54,882 bases of DNA from Gammaproteobacteria bacterium. Lineage in GTDB: Bacteria; Pseudomonadota; Gammaproteobacteria; Pseudomonadales; Porticoccaceae. Positions 11,747 to 20,539 of the stretch are shown piece after piece (the first letter of the stretch is position 1; every line of letters begins with the position of its first letter). The stretch is from the NCBI GenBank assembly GCA_003645535.1, contig QNFP01000001.1, positions 1-54,882 of the forward strand, written 5' to 3'. Under the pieces are notes generated by a model. That model searched no databases, was not told the DNA's origin, and saw only the letters and a program-made list of their open reading frames with translations. The position numbers and the translations under genes were made by a program.

Positions 11747-12913
11747 GTGGATTTTTCATTTTCTGAAGAACAGTTACAAATTCGTGACAGTATCGAAAAA
11801 CTCTGTCGCCCCTTTGACGATCAATATTGGCTCGAGCGCGATACTGACGGGCGCTTTCCAGAAGATTTTTGCAGTGCCCTGGCCAAAGACGGCTGGCTGG
11901 GCATTGCCATGCCCGAAAATGTTGGCGGTAGTGGCCTGGGTATCAGCGAAGCAGCGGTGATGGTACAAACCATTTCTGAATCCGGCGCGGCAAACGGCGG
12001 GGTTTCCTCCATATCCATTCCACTATTTGGCGTTAATCCCATCAATATTTACGGCACGGAAGAACAAAAACAGCGCATGTTGCCACCGGTGTTGCGCCGC
12101 GATGATATTCCCTGCTTTGCCGTCACCGAACCCAACACCGGGCTGGACACCACCCGCTTGACCACCCGGGCAGAGCGCCACGGGGATCACTACATTGTGC
12201 ATGGCCATAAAGTCTGGACTTCCACCGCCCAGGTGGCGAATAAAATCATGCTCATTGCCCGCACCAAACCCGAGGAAGAAACCAAACGGCCCATCGACGG
12301 CCTGTCACTTTTTTATACAGACCTGGATCGCAATACCTGTGATATTCGCCGTATCGACAAAATGGGCCGCAAATGTGTGGACTCCAATGAAGTCTTTATT
12401 GATGGTTTGAAAGTGCCCGTCGAAGATCGCATCGGCGAAGAGGGTAAGGGTTTTCGCTACCTGCTTCATGGTCTCAACCCGGAACGAATCCTGATCGCTG
12501 CGGGCCTGGTCGGCCTGGGTCGTGCCGCACTCAGGAAAGCCACGGAATATGCCAAAGATCGTGTCGTTTTTGATCGCCCCATCGGACAAAACCAGAGCGT
12601 CCAGCATCCGCTGGCGGAAAGCTGGATCGAACTAGAAGCAGCCAATCTGATGGTGTTTCGGGCTGCAGCAGCTTACGACAATGGTGAGGATTGCGGCGCC
12701 CACGCCAACGCCGCCAAGTACTTCGCCGCAGAAGCCACCTTCAAGGCCTGTCAGCGCGCAGTCATGACCCACGGCGGCATGGGCTATGCTAAGGAATTTC
12801 ATGTTGAACGCTATCTGCGCGAATGTTTGATTCATCGCCTCGCTCCAATCAGCCCGCAATTGATATTATGTTTTATCGCTGAACGCGTGTTAGGCCTGGC
12901 TAAATCTTACTAG
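11747..12913 (+). CDS. Acyl-CoA dehydrogenase family protein
   Basis: From GTG 11747 (AAGAAGG 8 nt upstream): VDFSFSEEQLQIRDS..., AVTEPNTGLDT, ...GGMGYAKEFHVERYLRE. The track ORF start at 11642 overlaps the MFS gene and is judged spurious. Confidence 0.88.
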   Translation: MDFSFSEEQLQIRDSIEKLCRPFDDQYWLERDTDGRFPEDFCSALAKDGWLGIAMPENVGGSGLGISEAAVMVQTISESGAANGGVSSISIPLFGVNPINIYGTEEQKQRMLPPVLRRDDIPCFAVTEPNTGLDTTRLTTRAERHGDHYIVHGHKVWTSTAQVANKIMLIARTKPEEETKRPIDGLSLFYTDLDRNTCDIRRIDKMGRKCVDSNEVFIDGLKVPVEDRIGEEGKGFRYLLHGLNPERILIAAGLVGLGRAALRKATEYAKDRVVFDRPIGQNQSVQHPLAESWIELEAANLMVFRAAAAYDNGEDCGAHANAAKYFAAEATFKACQRAVMTHGGMGYAKEFHVERYLRECLIHRLAPISPQLILCFIAERVLGLAKSY

Positions 12914-13233
12914 CCAGACCACTGAAAAATCCGTGGGTGTAATCCGTGAGCATTTAGCGTGGTGCAATCTGGGTGGTCAGCCAAAATCAGGTAACAGCCA
13001 GACAATTGGCAATTAGACCAAATCCACTCAGTAAAAATGCTTAAGGCGGCGCAGTAGTCCAGTAGCTTTTTAAAGCGACTGCACTGGCATATTGCTGATC
13101 CTGACCAATCCTGTTGATAATAGAAAACACATTAAATAGTTGCCAACACCCCCCTGTGCTACTTTCCCGCAATAGGGTACTATCCGCTGCTTCCAGCAAG
13201 CCCACTTACGATCAACCAACCAGAGAAATTACC

Positions 13234-14007
13234 ATGAACAAAACCCTCTATTTGCCAGCAGTTGCGCTGTTTTCTTTGATGCTGGCTGGGTGTGAAAAAC
13301 CAGCGGATACCGGGCTTACTGCCAAGGCACAATCAGCCGATGGAGCAGCGACAGTACAACTGGAAACGGAGGCGCAAAAAGTCAGTTACATCATGGGCAC
13401 TAACATTGGTTCTCAAATCAATAAAGATGAACTCGATTTTGATATGAATGCCTTCAATACGGGTGTGAAGGATGCCTTCACCGGGAAAGAACCCCGCCTG
13501 AGCGAGGAAGAAGTACAAAGTGTCATTGAAGCATTTCAGGCAAGAATTAATGCCCAGCAGGAGGAGGCCTTAAGCGTAGTCGGTGACGCCAACCTCAAAG
13601 AAGGCGAAGCTTTTCTGGCCGAAAAGGCCAAGACTGAAGGTGTCGTGGTCCTGGAAAGCGGGCTGCTCTACAAGGTTATTGAAGTGGGCAACGGGGCTTC
13701 ACCGACAGCGGAAGACACCGTGGAGGTACACTATGTGGGTACTTTGATCGATGGCACTGAGTTTGATAGCTCTCATAAACGCGGCGTACCTGCCCAGTTT
13801 GGCGTCAGCCAGGTTATTCCCGCATGGGTGGAAGCGTTGCAGCTTATGAAGGAAGGCGCTAAATGGGAATTATATGTACCGCCATCGCTGGCCTATGGGC
13901 CGGGCGGAACAGGTGGTCCAATCGGCCCTAACCAGACACTGATTTTCGAAGTCGAATTAATCAAAGCTTCGATCACTGATGGTGATGCTCAAAACCCGGA
14001 GGACTGA
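13234..14007 (+). CDS. FKBP-type peptidyl-prolyl cis-trans isomerase, lipoprotein (Mip/FkpA-like)
   Basis: From ATG 13234: MNKTLYLPAVALFSLMLAGC, a lipobox signal peptide. C-terminal FKBP domain VHYVGTLIDGTEFDSS...GVSQVIPAWVEALQLMKEGAKWELYVPPSLAYG. Confidence 0.9.
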   Translation: MNKTLYLPAVALFSLMLAGCEKPADTGLTAKAQSADGAATVQLETEAQKVSYIMGTNIGSQINKDELDFDMNAFNTGVKDAFTGKEPRLSEEEVQSVIEAFQARINAQQEEALSVVGDANLKEGEAFLAEKAKTEGVVVLESGLLYKVIEVGNGASPTAEDTVEVHYVGTLIDGTEFDSSHKRGVPAQFGVSQVIPAWVEALQLMKEGAKWELYVPPSLAYGPGGTGGPIGPNQTLIFEVELIKASITDGDAQNPED

Positions 14008-14086
14008 CAGGATTACTGCAGGGTGATCCTCCACGGAGATATCCGTCTGCAGATAAGCAAAAGGCCTCATTCCTTCCTCATTATGA

Positions 14087-14137
14087 GAGGGTTGTTAACG
14101 TTGTACAGAGCTGCCCTTAACAACCTTAACAACCCTC
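14087..14137. repeat. Perfect 12-bp inverted repeat (GAGGGTTGTTAA ... TTAACAACCCTC) with a 27-nt loop, between the convergent FKBP gene and dsbB
   Basis: Arms at 14087-14098 and 14126-14137. The loop contains a further direct copy of TTAACAACC. No flanking T-run, so it resembles a REP element more than a canonical terminator. Confidence 0.8.
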
Positions 14138-14199
14138 AGCATGCCCACAGCTTAGTGCGGGGAATAAATCCCAGGGACTTAACGTAAGCGGCTGTACCT

Positions 14200-14685
14200 T
14201 TAGTCTACGCGCATCAACTGCCATAACCCTAATAAGGCCAGGCCAGAAAAAGCCATTAAGGTATAGCCTGGAATACTCACATTAAATAGCGTCCATTGGA
14301 CCTGCGCACAATTACCATCACCCCGCAGTAGAATAGGCAAAGCTTCCATAAGCGGAAATGCATCAAAAAGATACTCCGCAGGAGGACCGCATGCGGGTAC
14401 CTTATCTTCAGGCAAGCTCTGTAGCCATAATTGTCGAATTGAAAAAGCACCGCCGCTAAGCGCGATCAGGGCCGTCGCGCCGCCATAAACACGACGGCCT
14501 GCTCGCGCGGGGTTATGAAGGTATGCAAGCAGAGCAATGAATCCCGTCAAAATAATAAAAACTCTTTGTACTATGCACAAATAACAGGGTTCGAGACCCA
14601 TGACATGCTGCATGAACAGTGCAACCCCGATCAAAGCAGCGGCAACTATGAAAATAAAAAGATTAACAATACGGGGGCTGGGCAT
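14200..14685 (-). CDS. dsbB: Disulfide bond formation protein B
   Basis: Four TM segments, CxxC in the first periplasmic loop (EPCYLCIVQR), and a second Cys pair in the large loop (PACGP...GNCA). Confidence 0.9.
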   Translation of the reverse strand: MPSPRIVNLFIFIVAAALIGVALFMQHVMGLEPCYLCIVQRVFIILTGFIALLAYLHNPARAGRRVYGGATALIALSGGAFSIRQLWLQSLPEDKVPACGPPAEYLFDAFPLMEALPILLRGDGNCAQVQWTLFNVSIPGYTLMAFSGLALLGLWQLMRVD

Positions 14686-14723
14686 AAGGTCAAACCTGTC
14701 GAATAGTTTTCAGAAAATATCGA

Positions 14724-15362
14724 TTAAAGCTCGCTTTGCTTGCCTTCCCGTAAAGGCAGGGAAGACCCCACCGGGATTTGACTGGCGGCGATATAGTTTT
14801 TCGCAAAAATAGTTAATTCAGTCATTGCTGGGTCAAATGCCTGTTCAAAACAACCATAATTGACGGTGACAGTGTGCCAGGCTTCGTCCAGGGCAATGGG
14901 CCGGCGGAACTTCTGCCCTATACGCTGCAAGATTGTCGGCATCAATTCTGGATCTATATAGCTTTCCAGCCAGCGTATCTGCGGCGCTATTTCACTGAAA
15001 TGTCGGGCCCGTTCAGGCAGCAATGGCCGACGGGAATGCAGGTGTCGATAGAAGGTGTTACAGAATTCGGCGAGTGGCATGGGATGATATTGATGCCAAC
15101 GCTGTGCTAGCAGGTGATCAAAAGCAATATCAACAACGATTCCTGCGTAGCGCCGCCATGGCTCCTCAAATAGAGTGAAAAGTCGGGTTATCTGCGGCAA
15201 CCTGCCTGTCAGTGTGTCTATTTGTCGATGCAGGTGTATGCCTTGCTCTATAGGGAGTGGGTACGCCTCTGTCAGGGGGCCTTTGACAAAATCTCCGAGC
15301 AGGCCGCCAACTTGCATGTCCAGGTTGGAGCCTGATAATAACAGGTGGGCGAGGTAGTTCAT
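14724..15362 (-). CDS. acpH: Acyl carrier protein phosphodiesterase
   Basis: MNYLAHLLLSG...GGLLGDFVKG...GIHLHRQIDTLT resembles the E. coli AcpH N-terminus. The start overlaps the gshA stop (ATGA). Confidence 0.85.
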   Translation of the reverse strand: MNYLAHLLLSGSNLDMQVGGLLGDFVKGPLTEAYPLPIEQGIHLHRQIDTLTGRLPQITRLFTLFEEPWRRYAGIVVDIAFDHLLAQRWHQYHPMPLAEFCNTFYRHLHSRRPLLPERARHFSEIAPQIRWLESYIDPELMPTILQRIGQKFRRPIALDEAWHTVTVNYGCFEQAFDPAMTELTIFAKNYIAASQIPVGSSLPLREGKQSEL

Positions 15363-16951
15363 TCCGGCAGATCGAAACTGTACTGACCGTAAAAGTCTGC
15401 CAAATATTCTTCAAACCCGACATCGTCAGCTTCTTCTATAGCCCGTTGTTTAGCAAGGGATTCCCTGGCCAGTTTTTGAAAATACTCTGTCTGTTGCGAG
15501 TCAAGAGGCGTACTGCGAAAATAGTCTCGTTGTTGGCGAGCATGATGCAGCGCCGTCTGAAAATAGGTTTCACCAGAGCTCTTCATTTCCTCCAGTAATT
15601 GCGCTGCGGGGGTATTTTGCGGGTTATCGAGACGCCCCTGCAATTTTTTGAGAGCCAACCCATGAACTGGCTCCTGCATATTTAAATCAAGTACACGGGC
15701 TACCTGTTCTAGTTCCACATATAACCCTTGCGCCCAACTGCGTAGAGTGACTTCTTCATTGCCGTTTAACAACTCGAGTGTCGGATCGCGGCCCCGATAG
15801 ACCATGCGCCGCTGATTTTCCAGCACTTGCTGGTATTCCCGCTCATCGGCCGGTGGACTGTCAGCTAGCAGGCAATACAGCAGGAACACTTCCATACAGT
15901 ACATTTGATCCGCATCGATGCCCACTGGCAGGTAGGGGTTAAGATCGACACAGCGGATTTCAACGTATTCAACACCCCGTTGCCACAGTGCGCGCAACGG
16001 GGTTTCCCCACTGTACGTCGTGCGCTTCGGTCGAATGGTGCTATAAAACTCATTTTCTATCTGTAACAGATGGGTATTGAGTTGACGGTAATGACCAGCG
16101 GCATCCTGCACACCAATTTGTTGGTACGCGGGATAAGGTGTCGTCAGGGCCTGGCGCAGATTTTTAATATAAGTGGCCAGATCGTTATAGCAAACAACCA
16201 AAGATTCCTGTGCGTTGCTTTGGTAACCCAGATCGCCCATTCGAAGGGATGTCGCGAAAGGCGTGTGCAGGCTATGAGTATCACCGTTAAAAGGCTGTAA
16301 CTGGTGCTGCCTGTTGGCGACAAATGATCGGCACACTACCGGGGCGCCGCCAAATAAATACAATAATAACCAGAAATGGCGGCGAAAATTGCGTATCAGG
16401 CCAAAGTAGCGCTCTGTTTTATAATCTTGCAAAGAACCGGAATACTGTCCATGCTCCTTAAGTATTTGCCAGCAATTATCGGGCAATGACCAATTGTAAT
16501 GTATCCCGGCGATGGTCTGCATAAGACGTCCATAGCGATTGCCAAGACCCTCTCGGTAAATCTTTTTCATGCTGCCAATATTGGAAGAGCCATACTCCGC
16601 CAAAGGAATATCTTTGTCCTCGCCAAGCACGCAGGGCATGCTGTTTACCCAAAGCAGTTCATCACCAATATTGCTATAAGTATAACGGTGGATATTTTCC
16701 AGTACCTGTAGCACCTCAGGTACAGATTCCAGTGGCGGGGTGATGAATTCAAGCAGTGCTTCGGAAAAATCCGTGGTGATATGGGGATGCGTCAACGTCG
16801 AACCTAGTGCTTTCGGATGTGGACGTTGTGACAACTGCCCTTGCGGGGTAACCCGAAGACTTTCTTTTTCAATGCCACGCCTGATACCGGCCAGCAGAGG
16901 ATAATGGTCAGCTTGTGACAGTACTGACAAGCGCGATGTTAACGGGGACAA
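15359..16951 (-). CDS. gshA: Glutamate-cysteine ligase
   Basis: ...LLAGIRRGIEKESLRV..., HITTDFSEALLEFITP, about 530 aa as in proteobacterial GshA. TTG start at 16951 with GGAG 8-11 nt upstream. Confidence 0.93.
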   Translation of the reverse strand: MSPLTSRLSVLSQADHYPLLAGIRRGIEKESLRVTPQGQLSQRPHPKALGSTLTHPHITTDFSEALLEFITPPLESVPEVLQVLENIHRYTYSNIGDELLWVNSMPCVLGEDKDIPLAEYGSSNIGSMKKIYREGLGNRYGRLMQTIAGIHYNWSLPDNCWQILKEHGQYSGSLQDYKTERYFGLIRNFRRHFWLLLYLFGGAPVVCRSFVANRQHQLQPFNGDTHSLHTPFATSLRMGDLGYQSNAQESLVVCYNDLATYIKNLRQALTTPYPAYQQIGVQDAAGHYRQLNTHLLQIENEFYSTIRPKRTTYSGETPLRALWQRGVEYVEIRCVDLNPYLPVGIDADQMYCMEVFLLYCLLADSPPADEREYQQVLENQRRMVYRGRDPTLELLNGNEEVTLRSWAQGLYVELEQVARVLDLNMQEPVHGLALKKLQGRLDNPQNTPAAQLLEEMKSSGETYFQTALHHARQQRDYFRSTPLDSQQTEYFQKLARESLAKQRAIEEADDVGFEEYLADFYGQYSFDLPE

Positions 16952-16964
16952 ATGTAACTCCAGG

Positions 16965-17195
16965 TCAGGCTGCTGACAAGCTGTCAGGTATCACAGGATT
17001 ATTTTTCTCGTCTGTCTTGCAGAGAAACACCTCTGCACGCAATGTTATATCGCTCGCATTAAGTTCTATGAGCTGGTTGAGAGCTATATCTTTATGTGGC
17101 GTTTTATACAATTCCGCAACCGTACAATCCCTAACCCAGATTAATTCTTTGGTCAGATAGTTGCCAGCCGCATCGCGCAGAATAAATAGCGTCAT
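16965..17195 (-). CDS. Small hypothetical protein immediately upstream of gshA
   Basis: 76 aa from ATG 17195 (MTLFILRDAAGNYLTKELIWVRDCTVAELYKTPHKDIALNQL...). The stop lies 13 nt before the gshA start. The track ORF begins at TTG 17303. I recognise no family. Confidence 0.4.
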   Translation of the reverse strand: MTLFILRDAAGNYLTKELIWVRDCTVAELYKTPHKDIALNQLIELNASDITLRAEVFLCKTDEKNNPVIPDSLSAA

Positions 17196-17605
17196 AAATC
17201 GCCTGACCCAGTTGATAATTGAGGCAAGTTTAACGGATCGGCCAGTCAGGGCAACTATTTTACTCAGCATCAGCGCCAAGGGTAGCAAGCTCAGGCAACG
17301 CAAGGGTAAATGTCCGATTTTTTAATCGGGCATTAGCAAATCATATTGCCGCACATCCACACCCCCGCACCTCGCGAATAAATGACAGATGGGTGGCACG
17401 GCCCAGTGCGTAATGTGCAGGTGCCAAAGAATTCCCTATCGAAAACTGATTTTTCTCGCGGCCCGAAAAGAGAAAATCTACAACAATATCCACTGCTGCC
17501 TGTGCCAGCACCACCGCTTAAAAGCGCCTGGTTTTGACGCCTGAAAGCAAAATCAGCCCTTGTCGTAAGGTATTGACTGTCGTTGGCTCAAGTGGCTCTG
17601 GATTG

Positions 17606-17634
17606 TTGACAGTACCAGACCATTCATAGATTAT
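17606..17634 (+). promoter_or_regulatory. Candidate sigma70 promoter (TTGACA - 17 nt - GATTAT) inside the long leader upstream of the thiolase module
   Basis: Perfect -35 at 17606-17611 and a 4/6 -10 at 17629-17634 that includes the key A2 and T6. Pattern match only. Confidence 0.3.
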
Positions 17635-17954
17635 GCGCTGTTACCAATGGGTAAATGCAGGCCTTGTCGGGCAGAAAATTTCTAAGGAGGCTCTGATTAA
17701 GTTGATTAGAATTAGGCTGAGAAAAAATGGGCCTAATTTTCACCAAGAGAGCCGTAAGGATTTACCGCTGCTATTGGCCTTAAATATTTAGTGGTATTGC
17801 TTTGCAGATTACAGATCTAGTTCCATGTGGGCTGATCTAACGGATACCAAAAAACCAAAATCTAATTCTACTGAGCTTGATCTTATCGATCACGGTTCTG
17901 CATAACGGCCCGATAAGGGCTGCGTCACCACACTAGTAAACGAAGGGGGTAAAT

Positions 17955-19343
17955 GTGTCTGGAATTCTTGGTTATGGAGCTTATGTGCCGTATTACCGGC
18001 TCACGCGGCAGGCCATGGGCAGTGGCCGGGGCGAACGAGCAGTCGCCAGCTATGATGAAGACGCTGTCTCCATGGCAGTAGAAGCGGGTCGCGAAGCATG
18101 TAGCAATAATGAAAACGCTATCGACACACTGATTTTTGCCACCACCAGCGCGCCCTATGCTGAAAAGCTCAACTCTGCTGCCATTACTGCTGCGCTTGAT
18201 TTGCCTGCTTCCGTACGCTCTATGGAGTTAGGCGGCAATTCGCGGATGGGGCTGGCTGGTCTGTTACTAGCCGCTGATCTAGGTGTAGCGGGGAAAACCT
18301 CACTGGTTTGTGCCGGTGACGTGGTCGTTGGTGGGCCGGGTGGCGCACGGGAACGTGATAGTGGCGACGGTGCGGTTGCTTTTATAACCGGATCCGAAGA
18401 TCAGGCCATTGCCAGGGTTTTAGGGCAGGCGTCGAGCACGACAGAAGTACTGGATGTATGGCGCCTCCCTGGTGATCAGTTTGCTCGCCAGTGGGAGGAG
18501 CGCTTTGGTGTAGAAGTACTGGCCCCGGTCAGTCTCGATACTGCCCAACGCGCGTTGACTGCCGCTGGCGTTGCTCCTGATCAGCTGACATCAGTGATTC
18601 TCGATGCCACCAACAAGCGCGACGTTGCGGGTATTCCAAAAGCACTCGGCCTTGAATCCGGACAGGTTGCCGACATGCTGGCTGATAACCTCGGTCGTTG
18701 TGGCGCGGCACATGCTGGGCTGGTACTGGCGAATGTGCTCGATACCGCTCAGCCCGGAGACAAAATTCTGGTTCTCTCAACTGCCGATGGTTGTGACGCA
18801 GTGGTATTGGAGGTGACCGACAACATAAAAAGTAGCGGCCGACCGAAACGGACAGTGCAGCATTGGCTGGCGTCGAGCAACAATGAGTTAGCCTATAATT
18901 CTTATTTAAAGTGGCGTGGTATTTTGCCCTTTGAGCCGCCTCGCCGGCCCGATCCCGACCGGCCTTCAGGACCAATTATGAAGCGCCATGAACGCTGGAA
19001 GTATGCGTTTTGTGGATCGCGGTGTGAATGTGGCCAGGCGCACTTGCCGCCGCAGCGAGCATGCGTTAAATGTCGATCGATAGACAAGATGAAAGAAGAA
19101 CGCTTTGCCGATGAACCGTGTAAAGTGACGACTTTCACTCTCGATCATCTCGCTTATAGCTTGCAGCCACCAGTGATTTCATCGGTGGTAGACTTTGATG
19201 TTGGCGGGCGGCTTGCCTGCGAACTCACGGATGCCGACCCGGGGGAAGTGAAAATAGGTAATCGACTCGAAATGACTTTCCGGCGGTTTTATACCGGTCA
19301 GGGAGTCCATAATTATTTCTGGAAAGCGCGTCCGCAGCGCTAG
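17955..19343 (+). CDS. HMG-CoA synthase / PhlA (KAS-III)-like domain fused to a DUF35 zinc-ribbon + OB-fold domain
   Basis: GTG start with GAAGGGGG SD. The N-terminus MSGILGYGAYVPYYRL...DEDAVSMAVEAGREA matches archaeal-type HMGCS/PhlA N-termini. The C-terminal approx 130 aa has a Cys4 ribbon (CGSRCECGQAHLPPQRACVKC) followed by an OB-like region (GNRLEMTFRRF). Confidence 0.75.
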   Translation: MSGILGYGAYVPYYRLTRQAMGSGRGERAVASYDEDAVSMAVEAGREACSNNENAIDTLIFATTSAPYAEKLNSAAITAALDLPASVRSMELGGNSRMGLAGLLLAADLGVAGKTSLVCAGDVVVGGPGGARERDSGDGAVAFITGSEDQAIARVLGQASSTTEVLDVWRLPGDQFARQWEERFGVEVLAPVSLDTAQRALTAAGVAPDQLTSVILDATNKRDVAGIPKALGLESGQVADMLADNLGRCGAAHAGLVLANVLDTAQPGDKILVLSTADGCDAVVLEVTDNIKSSGRPKRTVQHWLASSNNELAYNSYLKWRGILPFEPPRRPDPDRPSGPIMKRHERWKYAFCGSRCECGQAHLPPQRACVKCRSIDKMKEERFADEPCKVTTFTLDHLAYSLQPPVISSVVDFDVGGRLACELTDADPGEVKIGNRLEMTFRRFYTGQGVHNYFWKARPQR

Positions 19344-19354
19344 GGGTATGAAAA

Positions 19355-20539
19355 ATGGCTAGCAACGGAATTAAAGATCAAGTGGCGATTGTCGGCATGG
19401 GATGCACGGCGTTTGGTGAACATTGGGATCGGGATGCGTCGGATATGCTGATTGAATCAGCGACCAGCGCTTACCAGTCCGCAGGGGTGGATCCGGATGA
19501 TGTCGATGCCTACTGGCTGGGCACCTTTGCCAGCGGAGTGTCTGGCATGGTCTTCTCTGAGGCATTGAAAACGCCCTACAAACCGGTGACGCGAATAGAA
19601 AACATGTGTGCGACTGGTAGTGAAGCCATTCGTAATGCAGCCTATGCCGTCGCCAGTGGCGCCTATGACCTGGTTATGGCTGTCGGCGTAGAAAAATTAA
19701 AAGATGGTGGTTATTCGGGTTTGGTAGTGCCGGGGCCGGATGGCGATGGCACCGAATCCAGCATGACTGCACCAGCCATGTTTTCGTTGCTGGCGCCGGC
19801 TTATTGTGAAAAATACGGTGTTGAAGAAAGCGAATTGAAAGACGTGTTATCCCGTATCGCCTGGAAGAACCACGTTGCCGGGGCAAAAAACCCCAAGGCG
19901 CAATTTCGCAAAGAAGTGCCTATAGAGAAAATTTGTAATTCACCGCGTATCGCTGGCATGTTTGGCGTGTTCGATTGTTCCGGTGTGGCGGATGGTTCTG
20001 CGGCGGCAATCATGTGTCGCGCTGAAGATGCTCATAAATACACGGACAATCCTATCTACCTGAAGGCTTTTTCGATTGCCGCCGGACCCAATGAAGGATT
20101 TATCAGCGAAGATTACGACTTCACTACTTTCCAGGAAGTGGTGGTCTCTGCCCAGGATGCCTATAAACAGGCCGGCATTACCAACCCTCGCGAGCAAATC
20201 AGCATGGCTGAAGTCCATGACTGCTTTACGGCCACCGAGCTGGTATTGATGGAGGATATGGGCTTTTCAGAGCGTGGTGAAGGTTGGCGCGATGTGATGG
20301 AGGGTCGGTTTGACGGTGACGGCGCACAGCCAATAAACCCGGATGGGGGGCTAAAGAGTTTTGGTCATCCCATTGGCGCTAGCGGTCTGCGTATGATGTA
20401 TGAAATGTGGCTACAGCTCCGTGGCGAAGCCGGGGAACGGCAGATTGATAATCCCAAAATCGGTTTGACTCACAACCTGGGTGGTCAGCCCGGGCGTTGT
20501 GTCAGCTTTGTTTCTATTGTCGGCAACGAAATTGGCTAG
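19355..20539 (+). CDS. SCP-x / archaeal-type thiolase family protein
   Basis: VAIVGMGCTAFGE..., nucleophile context ENMCATGSEAIRNA, EVHDCF motif, GGLKSFGHPIGASG, HNLGG. The 11-nt gap to the upstream gene suggests one operon. Confidence 0.85.
   Translation: MASNGIKDQVAIVGMGCTAFGEHWDRDASDMLIESATSAYQSAGVDPDDVDAYWLGTFASGVSGMVFSEALKTPYKPVTRIENMCATGSEAIRNAAYAVASGAYDLVMAVGVEKLKDGGYSGLVVPGPDGDGTESSMTAPAMFSLLAPAYCEKYGVEESELKDVLSRIAWKNHVAGAKNPKAQFRKEVPIEKICNSPRIAGMFGVFDCSGVADGSAAAIMCRAEDAHKYTDNPIYLKAFSIAAGPNEGFISEDYDFTTFQEVVVSAQDAYKQAGITNPREQISMAEVHDCFTATELVLMEDMGFSERGEGWRDVMEGRFDGDGAQPINPDGGLKSFGHPIGASGLRMMYEMWLQLRGEAGERQIDNPKIGLTHNLGGQPGRCVSFVSIVGNEIG

Noticed and set aside
17391-17407. TGGCAC GGCCC AGTGC, a sigma54-like -24/-12 element in the long leader.
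   Set aside because: The GG-to-GC spacing is one base longer than the consensus TGGCAC-N5-TTGC. The -12 region is AGTGC rather than TTGC, and it lies about 550 nt from the nearest downstream start. No enhancer-binding protein gene is nearby.
17955-20539. Interpreting the HMGCS-like gene plus thiolase as the start of a mevalonate pathway.
   Set aside because: The HMGCS-like domain appears to lack the catalytic Glu and Cys. No HMG-CoA reductase or mevalonate kinase genes are present in the window.
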